Position numbers and translations under genes: made by a program. The notes beneath the pieces are model-generated. The model made no database searches and was not told where the DNA came from. It was given only the letters and a program-made list of their open reading frames with translations. From the NCBI GenBank assembly GCA_963771135.1, contig CAVYSC010000002.1:800685-864684 (forward strand): a stretch of DNA of 64,000 nucleotides, given 5' to 3'. The first letter of the stretch is position 1. Each line of letters opens with the position of its first letter. Positions 35,117-44,502 of the stretch are shown here, in pieces. Source of the stretch: an uncultured Acidobacteriaceae bacterium (GTDB taxonomy: Bacteria; Acidobacteriota; Terriglobia; Terriglobales; Acidobacteriaceae).

Positions 35117-38074
35117 ATGATTCCCACCTTCCCCCGGCGGACCGCGTGTGTGTTGATGCTGATGGCGCTGAGCGCAACGGGCGCGTCGCACGGGCAATCG
35201 AGAATTGGATCCACCAGCAGCGGGCCGGGCGCCATGACGGGCGCGAGCGCACCGGCGGCGCCCAGCGGCCACGGCAGCGTGAGCGGGACGGTGAAGGATA
35301 CGAGCGGAGCGGTGGTTGCGCACGCGCAGATCGTTCTCCAGCCCGGTGGAAACACGGCAGTGTCGAACGCACAAGGCGATTTCTACCTGCAGAACGTGCC
35401 GGCCGGCAAATACACGATCACGATTTCGGATATCGGCTTTCAGGATGCCGTTTCCACCGTCGTTGTCACCGGCGGGCAAAACACCGTGGCCGACACCACC
35501 ATGAAAGTCGCTTCCACCAGCCAGCGCGTGGTTGTGACCGCGAATGTCGGAGGCGACGTTGCGGCCATCAACGAGCAGCGCACATCGGCGAACATCCTGA
35601 ACGTGATGACGGCTCAACAAATTCAGAACCTGCCCAACGCGAGTGTTGCCACGGTTCTGGGCCGCATGCCCGGGGTCACCGTTCAGATCAATGAAGGCGA
35701 GCCGCAGTACGTGCAGATCCGCGGCACCGAGCCACGCCTGAGCAACACCACTATGGATGGAGTCATCGTTCCGGGACCTGACCCCCAGGTGCGCCAGGTG
35801 GATCTGTGGGTGATCCCCGGTGATCTGGTGGGAGCGGTGCAGATCAACAAAACGCTTTCCGCGAATGAGGATGGCGACGCCATCGGCGGGTCCGTGAACA
35901 TGCAGATGAAACAGGCTACCAGCAACCGGCCGACGCTCGATCTGGAGAGCGTGGGCGGCTGGAACCCTATCGACACCGGCCAGCCGTGGTTTCGCGACGA
36001 TGCGACGGTGGGGAAGCGCTTCGGCGCCAACCAGCGGTTTGGCGTCATGTTCAGCTTCAGCTACGACCTGAACGATCTGGGCACCGATGACGTGGAGCCC
36101 ACGCCGGACCTCGCCCTCAACAGCAATGCCACGGCTTACGACAACATCTCGCTTCGCCAGTATTTTTACAATCACACGCGTTATGGTTTTGGCGGGAGCG
36201 CCGACTACAAGCTGAACGAGGGATCGGACCTGTTTGTGCACGGCCTGTTCTCGAACTTCAAGGATTACGGCCAGAAATACGAGTACGACATCAGTTCCAA
36301 TGCAGGGACTCAGGGCCAGTCGCCGGGCGGGGGAGGCATATCGTTTTCCAACAGTCTGCGCCGGCCGAATTATCAGATTTCGCTGCTGACCCTGGGCGGG
36401 GATCATGTTTTCAAAAGATCGTGGGCAAAGTGGGTGCTCTCGGCGGGCCACTCGCGCGAAGGAAATGCGGCAGGCAATCCGGGCGCGGACTTCGATCCTC
36501 TGAATATGGCGAACGGAAATCCGGTGGGAAGCGACTGCGTCTATACCCCGGCGGCCAATCGCAGCATTTATCGGCCGCAGTTTAACTGCGGGAGCGACCC
36601 GATCTATGATCCGACGCAATATTTCCTGAACGACGTCAACCTGACGTCGGGGGATGCTGTGCAGCTGAATTTGACCGCGGCTGGGTCCTACGGGCTGAAC
36701 TACGATTTGGGGACCCACGCGTCGACGCTGGAGTTCGGCGCGCAGATCCGCAACGAGCACAAGGGGCAGGATGCGACTTCGCCGACTTACGATTGCGATG
36801 CCATGGCCAACGCCACCAATCCCAACCCCGCTCCGTGTACCGGGACGCCGCCGCTGATGTCAATGTTCAGCAGCAGCTTTAAAGACCCCTCCTATTACGG
36901 CGGCAGCTACCAGATGGGTCCGATCACGCATTTCGAACAGATCGCTACATGGCTGGCAAATAATCCCGGTGTCATTCCGCTGGACGTGGAAGCGACCCAC
37001 CTGAACTCAGACCCTGCCAATTACAACCTGCAGGAGAGAATTACGGCGGGCTACATCATGAACACGCTGGACCTGGGCAGCCGGGCCAGCCTGCAGACAG
37101 GGCTGCGGATCGAGGCGACGAACGAGTCCAATACCGGCTATCTGGTCACAGACGATGACAATGGCGAGTGGCTTTCAACGGCTCCAGTCCACGCGGCAGG
37201 GTCCTATATCAGCCCGCTGCCGAGCGTGCAGTTTCGCTACCGGCTCGACCAGAACTCCGACATCCGCGCCGTGTATGGGCGCGGGATTTCCCGGCCCAAT
37301 CCGTACGACCTGGTGCCGTACAAGACGCTGGATGAGTCGACCAATCCCAACACGGAGAGTATCGGTAATCCGGCGCTGGTGGCCGAACACGCCAACGACT
37401 ACGACATTCTGTACGAGAAATTTTTGCCCTCGGTGGGCATGATCGAAGGCGGGTATTTCTACAAGCAGCTGGGTGACCCTCTGGTTCCAACGCAGACGAT
37501 TGTGCCCAACCCGTTTCCGAATCCGATCACGCCAACGGTGTATCTGAACCAGACGATCAACAGCGGACACGCCTACGTACAGGGAATGGAATTCGCGTAT
37601 CAGCAGCACCTGACCTTCCTGCCGGGCGTGCTGTCGAATGCGCGCATCGATGCCAACATGACCTGGACGAACTCGAAAGACTACGGTCTGCCGGGCCGCA
37701 CGGATACGCCGCCGCAGATCGGCCAGGCGCCGTGGTCGTATAACATCACTCCTTCGTATGCGACCAAACGCGGGATCGTCGAGCTCGGCATCTCCTACGA
37801 CGGCCCCAATCTCGCCGCGTATCAGTGGCAAACCGGCAACATCGGCACGGTCACGGGGCCGTTCGGGGACAACTATTACTACGGGCGCACGCAGGTGGAT
37901 GCCCAGGCGACCTACTATTTGGGCCGAGGGTTCAGTGCCACCGCCTCGGAGGAGAATGCCAACAATGCGGTTCTCGGCTTCTACAATGGCAGCCCGCAGT
38001 ACATGGTGCAGCGCGAGTATTACAAGCCGATCTATTACGGCGGACTGCGCTGGGATTTCGGCGGCGAGCGCTAA
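35117..38074 (+). CDS. TonB-dependent receptor with N-terminal carboxypeptidase-regulatory-like domain
   Basis: Signal peptide. GSVSGTVKDTSGAVVAHAQIVLQPGGNTAVSNAQGDFYLQNVPAGKYTITIS (CarboxypepD_reg). Plug NILNVMTAQQIQNLPNASVATVLGRMPGV. Long beta-barrel. Confidence 0.9.
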   Translation: MIPTFPRRTACVLMLMALSATGASHGQSRIGSTSSGPGAMTGASAPAAPSGHGSVSGTVKDTSGAVVAHAQIVLQPGGNTAVSNAQGDFYLQNVPAGKYTITISDIGFQDAVSTVVVTGGQNTVADTTMKVASTSQRVVVTANVGGDVAAINEQRTSANILNVMTAQQIQNLPNASVATVLGRMPGVTVQINEGEPQYVQIRGTEPRLSNTTMDGVIVPGPDPQVRQVDLWVIPGDLVGAVQINKTLSANEDGDAIGGSVNMQMKQATSNRPTLDLESVGGWNPIDTGQPWFRDDATVGKRFGANQRFGVMFSFSYDLNDLGTDDVEPTPDLALNSNATAYDNISLRQYFYNHTRYGFGGSADYKLNEGSDLFVHGLFSNFKDYGQKYEYDISSNAGTQGQSPGGGGISFSNSLRRPNYQISLLTLGGDHVFKRSWAKWVLSAGHSREGNAAGNPGADFDPLNMANGNPVGSDCVYTPAANRSIYRPQFNCGSDPIYDPTQYFLNDVNLTSGDAVQLNLTAAGSYGLNYDLGTHASTLEFGAQIRNEHKGQDATSPTYDCDAMANATNPNPAPCTGTPPLMSMFSSSFKDPSYYGGSYQMGPITHFEQIATWLANNPGVIPLDVEATHLNSDPANYNLQERITAGYIMNTLDLGSRASLQTGLRIEATNESNTGYLVTDDDNGEWLSTAPVHAAGSYISPLPSVQFRYRLDQNSDIRAVYGRGISRPNPYDLVPYKTLDESTNPNTESIGNPALVAEHANDYDILYEKFLPSVGMIEGGYFYKQLGDPLVPTQTIVPNPFPNPITPTVYLNQTINSGHAYVQGMEFAYQQHLTFLPGVLSNARIDANMTWTNSKDYGLPGRTDTPPQIGQAPWSYNITPSYATKRGIVELGISYDGPNLAAYQWQTGNIGTVTGPFGDNYYYGRTQVDAQATYYLGRGFSATASEENANNAVLGFYNGSPQYMVQREYYKPIYYGGLRWDFGGER

Positions 38075-38131
38075 GATGTTCGCAGGCCGCCGGGGCCTCT
38101 CAACGGCGGCCTGTCTTTTTGGGAGAACCAA

Positions 38132-39427
38132 TTGACTGCATCGATGCTGCGGCGGATTGCGCTGCCTGTGCTGGTGCTCGCGAGCTGCGGAGTTGCGCCC
38201 GGCCAGGCGCAGGCGCGAACGAAGAATCCAGAACAACTGGAGTATGTGGTGGTGCTCACGCGCCATGGAGTGCGGGCGCCGGGGGGCAAGTTGTCGAGCT
38301 ACGGGCGCTACTCGGCGCTGCCCTGGCCGACGTGGGATGTGCCGCCGGATTATCTGACGCCGCATGGCTATCAACTGATGAAGCTGTTCGGCGCCTACGA
38401 CCGGGCGTGGCTGGCGCAGGAGGGGTTGTTCGGCGCATCGGGGTGCGTGGATGCGGCAGGGGTGAGCATTGTGGCGGACTCCGACCAGCGCACGCGCGAA
38501 ACGGGGAAAGCGCTGGCCGAGGGAATGTTTCCAGGGTGTGGGATCCGGGTGCAGGCGTTGCCGGAAGGAACGCACGATCCGCTGTTTCATGCGATGGCCG
38601 CGGGGGCGGCGCGGTCGAATCCCGCGCTGGAGACGGCGGCGATCGCCGGTCGCATGGGCGGCGACGCCGGCAACCTGACGCTCGCGTATCGCGCTCAACT
38701 GGAGGAGCTGGAGAAGGTACTCAATGGGTGCGGTCACGCCCCTGAGGGCGCTCATCCGCCTGTTTCGCTTTTCGATGTGCCGGCGACGCTACAGGCGGGC
38801 ACGCCGAGACATCCGGTGGAGCTGAGTGGGCCGCTGATGACCGCCTCGACGGTGACGGAGAATTTCCTGCTGGAATACACGAACGGCATGCCTGCCGCGG
38901 ACGTGGGATGGGGCTGCGTGGACGGGCAGGAGCTTCGCTCGCTGATGCAGCTGCACAGCGCCGCCGAGGACATGAAAGGCCGCACGTTCGCAGTCGCCAG
39001 GATCGATTCCGCGAATCTGTTGCAGCACATTCTGGCGGCGCTGGAGCAGCACGCGACGGGCGAGCCGGCGCGGGGAGCGCCCGGAAAACGGGGAGATCGG
39101 CTGCTGATTCTGTCGGGGCACGACACGAATATCGCGAATGTGGCGGGGGCGCTCCGTCTGGACTGGATCCTGGACGGGCGCCGCGACGATACGCCGCCCG
39201 GGGGCGCGCTGGTGTTCGAGCTGTGGCGCTCGCGGGACACCGGAGCACTGTCCGTTCGGATCGAGTACACCGCGCAGACGCTGGAGCAGATGCGCGCGGC
39301 TGAGGCGCTGACGCTGGCGACTCCGCCGGATCGCGTGCCGGTGTTTGTGCCGGGTTGCAGCCGAGAGGACATGACCTGTTCCTGGCAGGGCTTTGCGGCA
39401 ACGGTGCGCCAGGCGCTGCAGCGCTGA
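38132..39427 (+). CDS. histidine acid phosphatase (AppA/phytase-like), exported
   Basis: Catalytic RHGVRAP (VVLTRHGVRAPG) and HD motif (LSGHDTNIANV). Signal peptide. The start may be ATG 38144. Confidence 0.85.
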   Translation: MTASMLRRIALPVLVLASCGVAPGQAQARTKNPEQLEYVVVLTRHGVRAPGGKLSSYGRYSALPWPTWDVPPDYLTPHGYQLMKLFGAYDRAWLAQEGLFGASGCVDAAGVSIVADSDQRTRETGKALAEGMFPGCGIRVQALPEGTHDPLFHAMAAGAARSNPALETAAIAGRMGGDAGNLTLAYRAQLEELEKVLNGCGHAPEGAHPPVSLFDVPATLQAGTPRHPVELSGPLMTASTVTENFLLEYTNGMPAADVGWGCVDGQELRSLMQLHSAAEDMKGRTFAVARIDSANLLQHILAALEQHATGEPARGAPGKRGDRLLILSGHDTNIANVAGALRLDWILDGRRDDTPPGGALVFELWRSRDTGALSVRIEYTAQTLEQMRAAEALTLATPPDRVPVFVPGCSREDMTCSWQGFAATVRQALQR

Positions 39428-39632
39428 CGGGAGCAGGTTCCAGCCGGAACAATCAGCAGCAGCGGCCGGGCGCAGCTCTGGCCATTGGGGTGGGGGAGAT
39501 TTTAAATTCTTCCCTGGCAACCAATTTCAGAGGAACGGCATCCCTCCCCCTAGCTCAATCTATCTTCCTCCCCCGCGACGCATGGGTCGGTCAGAATAAT
39601 AACGGCTCCCTGCGCGTCAATTTTGATTGAGA

Positions 39633-41739
39633 ATGGTACGACCGATGTTCTCAACACTCGATGAAGGCAGCCTGGCCACAGCTTCGCTTCCCCGAGCGGT
39701 GCGGCACTGCCGCCTGATTCTGGCGGCCGCGGGCGCATGCCTGGTGATGACTGCTCCGGCTCTCAGCGCGCAGCGGGCCGTGCAGCAGACCGTGCAGCAG
39801 ACCGTGGCGATCAATCAGAATCCCCTGAAGACGATGAGCCTGGAACAACTGGGCAATATCCAGGTGACCACGGTCTCCAAGGAGCCGGAGGAAGTGTGGA
39901 AGACGGCGGCGGCGGTTTATGTGATCACGCAGGACGACATCCAGCGCTCGGGGGCGAGGAATATTCCCGAGGCGTTGCGGCTGGCGCCGGGGGTTGAGGT
40001 GGCGCGCATTACGGCGGGTGAGTATGCCGATCGGCATCCGCGGATTCAACAGCCGGCTGTCGCGGTACGTTCTGGTGCTGATCGACGGCCGTACCGTGTA
40101 CACAACGCTGACGGCGGGAACGTATTGGGAAACGCAGGACACGTTCCTCCAGGATGTGGACCGGATTGAGGTGATCCGTGGGCCGGGGGGCACGATCTGG
40201 GGGCCGAATGCGGTCAACGGGGTGATCAACATCATCACGAAGAATGCCAGCGATACGCAGGGAGCGGCGGGTACGGCGGGCGGCGGCAATGTGGAGCAGG
40301 ACTTCGGAGATGCCCGCTTCGGCTATGGCAACGGCAAAGGGCTGAACTACCGCGTGTACGTAAAGGGATTCGGATGGGCGCCGGAATATCACGCCGACGG
40401 CAACAACTACGACGACTGGCACGGCGGGCAGGGCGGATTCCGGATGGACTGGGACCGGCATGGCCGCGACAGCTGGCGGCTGCAGGGCGATGTGTACGGC
40501 CAGGATTTCGGCGAGCGGGCGGGGGCCGCGAGCTACAATCCCCCGGCCAACTACGACCTCTCGGGCGATGCGACTCTTTACGGAGGCAACGTCCTCGGGA
40601 GCTGGAGACGCGTGCAGGGGAAGGACCGGGATCTGGACGTGGAAGCCTATTATGCCCACGACACGCGGAACGAGGTGAATTTCGGGGACATTCGCAACAC
40701 GGTGGACGTGGACTTCAACGATCGCTTTCCGCTGCGGCGGCAGGAGGTGTCGTGGGGCGGCACGGTGCGCGCGAGCCACGGCCATGAGACAGAGCTGTAC
40801 TCCGGACTGACGTTCACGCCGTCGCAGAGGACCGACCTTCTGTATCAGGCGTTCGTGCAGGATGAAGTGAGCGTGGCGCCGAACCGGCTGTCGTTGATTG
40901 CCGGGACGAAGGTGCTGAAGACGAACTACACGGGCGTGCTGGCGGAGCCGGATGTGCGGCTGATGTATACGCCGACCGGGACGCAGACCTTGTGGGCGGC
41001 GTACACGCACGCGCTGCGCACGCCGGCGGACGTGGAGCGGGATTTCAATCTGTCGAGTTTCCTCGGCTACCAGTCCGGGCTGCCGGTGATGGCGCGATTC
41101 AGCGCGAATCCGAAATTTCGCTCGGAGCAGGTGAATGGGTATGAGGCGGGCTATCGGGTATCCGCGGGCAGCAAGTTCTATCTGGACCTGGCCAGCTTCT
41201 ACAACCATTACGGCGACGCATTCAGCGAAGATCTGGTGCAGGCGCCGTACGTGGAGACGAATCCGGCGCCCACGCACGTTCTGATTCCGGCGCAATTCGG
41301 CAACGGGCTGGTAGCGACGACCACCGGCGGAGAGATCGCGCCGGAATGGCGGGTGACTGACTGGTGGCGGGTGGGGGGCTGGTACAGTTTTCTGGAAATG
41401 CACGTGAAGAAGGGGACGAACTCGAAGGATATCGGGAGCGCGCCGGCAGAGCAGGGATCGAGTCCCGAACATCAGGCGCTGATTGAAAACGGGTTCGATC
41501 TGCCGAAGTCCGTGGGCGTGAGCACATATGTGCGCTACGTGAGCGCGCTGCCCGGCATTCAGGTGGCCTCGTACTGGACCGGGAATGCGACCGTCCACTG
41601 GGCGGCGACACGCCACATCGGACTGACGGTTGCGGGCCGGGATCTCTTCCAGCCGCACCATGTTGAGTTCAGTTACGATCCAGGGCCGGCGGTCGGGATC
41701 CGGCGCAGCTTCTACGGCGAGATCACTTTCAGCCGGTAA
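39633..41739 (+). CDS. TonB-dependent receptor, with one apparent frameshift near 40025
   Basis: Plug VYVITQDDIQRSGARNIPEALRLAPGVEVARITAGEY (ORF 39627..40169) continues as PIGIRGFNSRLSRYVLVLIDGRTVY...IEVIRGPGGTIWGPNAVNGVINIITK (ORF 39994..41739). Confidence 0.8.
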
Positions 41740-41760
41740 GCGGGGCGGAGCCGTCGAGCG

Positions 41761-41829
41761 CTGGTGTGCATGGAGATCGAGCCTTCGTATTTCTGCACGA
41801 TTCCCTTGCTGACCCAGAGGCCGAGGAGA
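41761..41829 (-). pseudogene. possible remnant of a histidine-kinase HATPase_c G2-box region
   Basis: The minus frame reads LLGLWVSKGIVQKYEGSISMHTS, like the GLGLxxxxxIVxxHGGxI motif. No upstream kinase sequence is present. Confidence 0.3.
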
Positions 41830-41924
41830 TTCTGCCGCTCCGGAACCTTTGGCCGGCCTGGGACGTATGGCTTCACAGGCTCCCCAGATTTCGGAAACAG
41901 AATTCATCTCCCCGAGGCACAGCG

Positions 41925-44399
41925 ATGCGGATCTTCCCGGACCGGTTCAGGCAGCTCCTGCGGAGGCTCGGGCGCGCTCCGCTGTTCACAGCGCTTACGC
42001 TGATCACGCTGGCTCTGGGCATTGGCGCCACTACGCTGATCTTCAGCGTGCTGGATGGAGTGTTGCTGAGGCCGCTGCCGTATCCACAGCCGGAGCGGCT
42101 GATCGGGGTCTGGTTCCACTCGCCGGTGGTCAATTTCCAGGACCTCAACATCGCGCCGTTCCTGTACTTCACCATCCGGGAGCAAAACAAAACGCTGGAG
42201 GACGTGGGCGCTTACACCGGCGACTCGCTCACCGTGACCGGCACGGGCGAGCCCGAGCACGTGAGCGGGCTCGATGTGACAGAAGGCGTGCTGCCCATTC
42301 TTGGCGTGAGGCCGGCGCTGGGGCGGTTGTTCACGCAGCAGGACGATACGGCGGGCGCTCCGCAAACGGTGATGCTTTCCTACGCGTACTGGCAGAAGAA
42401 ATTCGGAGGGGCGCGTTCCGTCATTGGGCAGTCGATGACGGTGGACGGCAAGCCACGGCAAATCGTCGGCGTGCTGCCGCGAGGATTTCATTTCCTGAGC
42501 TGGGATGACGCGGCGCTGGTGGTGCCCATGCAGTGGGATCGTTCGACGACCAAGCTCGGGGATTTCAGCTATGAAGGGCTGGCGCGGCTGAAGCCCGGCG
42601 TGACGATGGCGCAGGCCAGCGCGGATCTGCAGCGGCTGATCCCGATCTCGATCCGCAGCTATCCGCCGCCGGAGGGCTACAGCGAAAAGCTGTTTGAGTC
42701 GGCCAGATTCAGCACGAATCTGCGGCCGCTGAAGCGGGACGTGGTGGGCGATGTGGGCCAAGTGCTGTGGGTGCTGATGGGCTCCATCATCATGGTGCTG
42801 CTGATTGCCTGCGCGAATGTGGCGAACCTGCTGCTGGTGCGGGTGGAAGGACGGCGGCAGGAGCTGGCGATCTGTTCGGCACTGGGCGCGGGGTGGAGAA
42901 GGATTGCGGGCGATCTTCTGCTGGAGAGCATCACGCTGACCCTGATCGGCAGCGCGCTGGGACTGGGGCTGGCGTTCGCGGGCCTCCGCATGCTGGTGGC
43001 GATGGCTCCGGATTTACCGCGCCTGCACGAGATCGGGATCGACCTGCCGGTGCTTCTGTTCGCGCTGGCGCTGGCGGTGGTTACCGGAGTGCTGATCGGG
43101 CTGATACCGGTCTTCAAATTCACGGGAGGCCACCTGAGCACGTCGTTGCGCGAAGGCGGGCGCGCGCTGAGCCAGAGCCGGGAACGGCATCGCGCGCGGA
43201 GCACGCTGGTGGTGATCCAGGTGGCGCTGGCGCTGGTGCTGCTGATCTGCTCCGGGCTGATGATTCGGACGTTCCGGGCACTGGAGCAGGTGAACCCCGG
43301 ATTCAGCGATCCAAATGCGCTGCAAACTTTCCGCATCTGGATTCCGGACACACAGATTCCGGACAAGAATCGCGATCAGCTGATCCATATGGAGCAGGCC
43401 ATGATGGGCAAGCTGGCGGGGCTGCCGGGGGTGCAGTCGGTGGCGCTGACGAGCGCGGCGCCGATGAGCGGAAACGAATCCAACGATCTGATCTATGCCG
43501 CGGACCGGACGTATGGCGAGGGGGAGATTCCGCCCATCCGGCGCTTCATCTATGTGTCCCCGGGACTGTTCGGGACGATGGGCACTCCACTGCTGGCGGG
43601 ACGCGACTTTACCTGGGAGGACACGTACGACAAGCTCCCGGTGGCGGTGGTTTCAGAGAACTTTGCGAAGGAGTACTGGGGCAGCGCGCAGAATGCGCTG
43701 GGCAAACGGATCCGCTCGGGATCGGCGGACGACTGGCGCGAGATCGTCGGGGTGGTGGGCGATGTGCACGCGGACGGGGTGGAGCAGAAGGCTCCCACAA
43801 CGGTCTACTGGCCGCTGATGATGAACAATTTCGATACGCAGAAGGAGAGAGTGCAGCGCGGGGTGACGTATGTGATCCGGACGCGGCAGGCTGGGTCGCA
43901 GGCGTTCCTGAGTGAGGCGCGGCGCGTGATCTGGTCGGCTGACGCGAGCCTGCCGCTCGCCGATCCGAATACTCTGGGTTATTACTACGCGCGCTCGATG
44001 GCGCGGACGTCGTTCACGCTGGTGATGCTGGGGGTTGCCGGACTGATGGCGCTGCTGCTGGGCGTGGTGGGCATCTACGGCGTGATTTCCTACTCGGTGA
44101 CGCAGCGCACGCGGGAGATTGGGATTCGGATGGCGCTGGGAGCGCAGCGGGGCGAGATTCTCGGCTTGTTTGTCCGCCACGGACTGGTGCTGACAGGCAT
44201 CGGCATGGGATGCGGAATGGCAGCGGCGTTCGCGGCGATGCGCCTGATGCAATCGCTGCTGTTCGGGGTGAGCCCCTACGATCCGGTGACGTATGCCGCT
44301 ATCACGGTGACGATTTTTGCGACCGCATGGCTGGCCTGCTGGCTGCCATCGCGCAAAGCACTTACCGTGGACCCGATGAACGCACTGCGCGCGGAGTGA
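41925..44399 (+). CDS. ADOP-family duplicated FtsX/MacB-type permease
   Basis: MRIFPDRFRQLLRRLGRAPLFTALTLITLALGIGATTLIFSVLDGVLLRPLPYPQPERL, with two MacB_PCD/FtsX repeats. C-terminal VDPMNALRAE. Confidence 0.9.
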   Translation: MRIFPDRFRQLLRRLGRAPLFTALTLITLALGIGATTLIFSVLDGVLLRPLPYPQPERLIGVWFHSPVVNFQDLNIAPFLYFTIREQNKTLEDVGAYTGDSLTVTGTGEPEHVSGLDVTEGVLPILGVRPALGRLFTQQDDTAGAPQTVMLSYAYWQKKFGGARSVIGQSMTVDGKPRQIVGVLPRGFHFLSWDDAALVVPMQWDRSTTKLGDFSYEGLARLKPGVTMAQASADLQRLIPISIRSYPPPEGYSEKLFESARFSTNLRPLKRDVVGDVGQVLWVLMGSIIMVLLIACANVANLLLVRVEGRRQELAICSALGAGWRRIAGDLLLESITLTLIGSALGLGLAFAGLRMLVAMAPDLPRLHEIGIDLPVLLFALALAVVTGVLIGLIPVFKFTGGHLSTSLREGGRALSQSRERHRARSTLVVIQVALALVLLICSGLMIRTFRALEQVNPGFSDPNALQTFRIWIPDTQIPDKNRDQLIHMEQAMMGKLAGLPGVQSVALTSAAPMSGNESNDLIYAADRTYGEGEIPPIRRFIYVSPGLFGTMGTPLLAGRDFTWEDTYDKLPVAVVSENFAKEYWGSAQNALGKRIRSGSADDWREIVGVVGDVHADGVEQKAPTTVYWPLMMNNFDTQKERVQRGVTYVIRTRQAGSQAFLSEARRVIWSADASLPLADPNTLGYYYARSMARTSFTLVMLGVAGLMALLLGVVGIYGVISYSVTQRTREIGIRMALGAQRGEILGLFVRHGLVLTGIGMGCGMAAAFAAMRLMQSLLFGVSPYDPVTYAAITVTIFATAWLACWLPSRKALTVDPMNALRAE

Positions 44400-44502
44400 G
44401 GGGGAGAGGACGGCGAAGGTTATTCGGACGGGAAGCAGCGTGGCGGAATTTGGACTGCTGCCATAAGGGGCGCGGGCGGGCAGGCAACGTTGGCGGCGAG
44501 GA

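Noticed and set aside
39428-39632. Cobalamin or other riboswitch upstream of the second TonB-dependent receptor.
   Set aside because: I could find no B12-box-like sequence or other recognisable riboswitch core. There are only short G-run/C-run complementarities.
41766-41924. N-terminal extension of the ADOP permease ORF (track start 41766).
   Set aside because: The conserved family N-terminus MRIFPDRFRQLLRRL starts at ATG 41925. The upstream part overlaps the putative kinase-motif remnant on the other strand.
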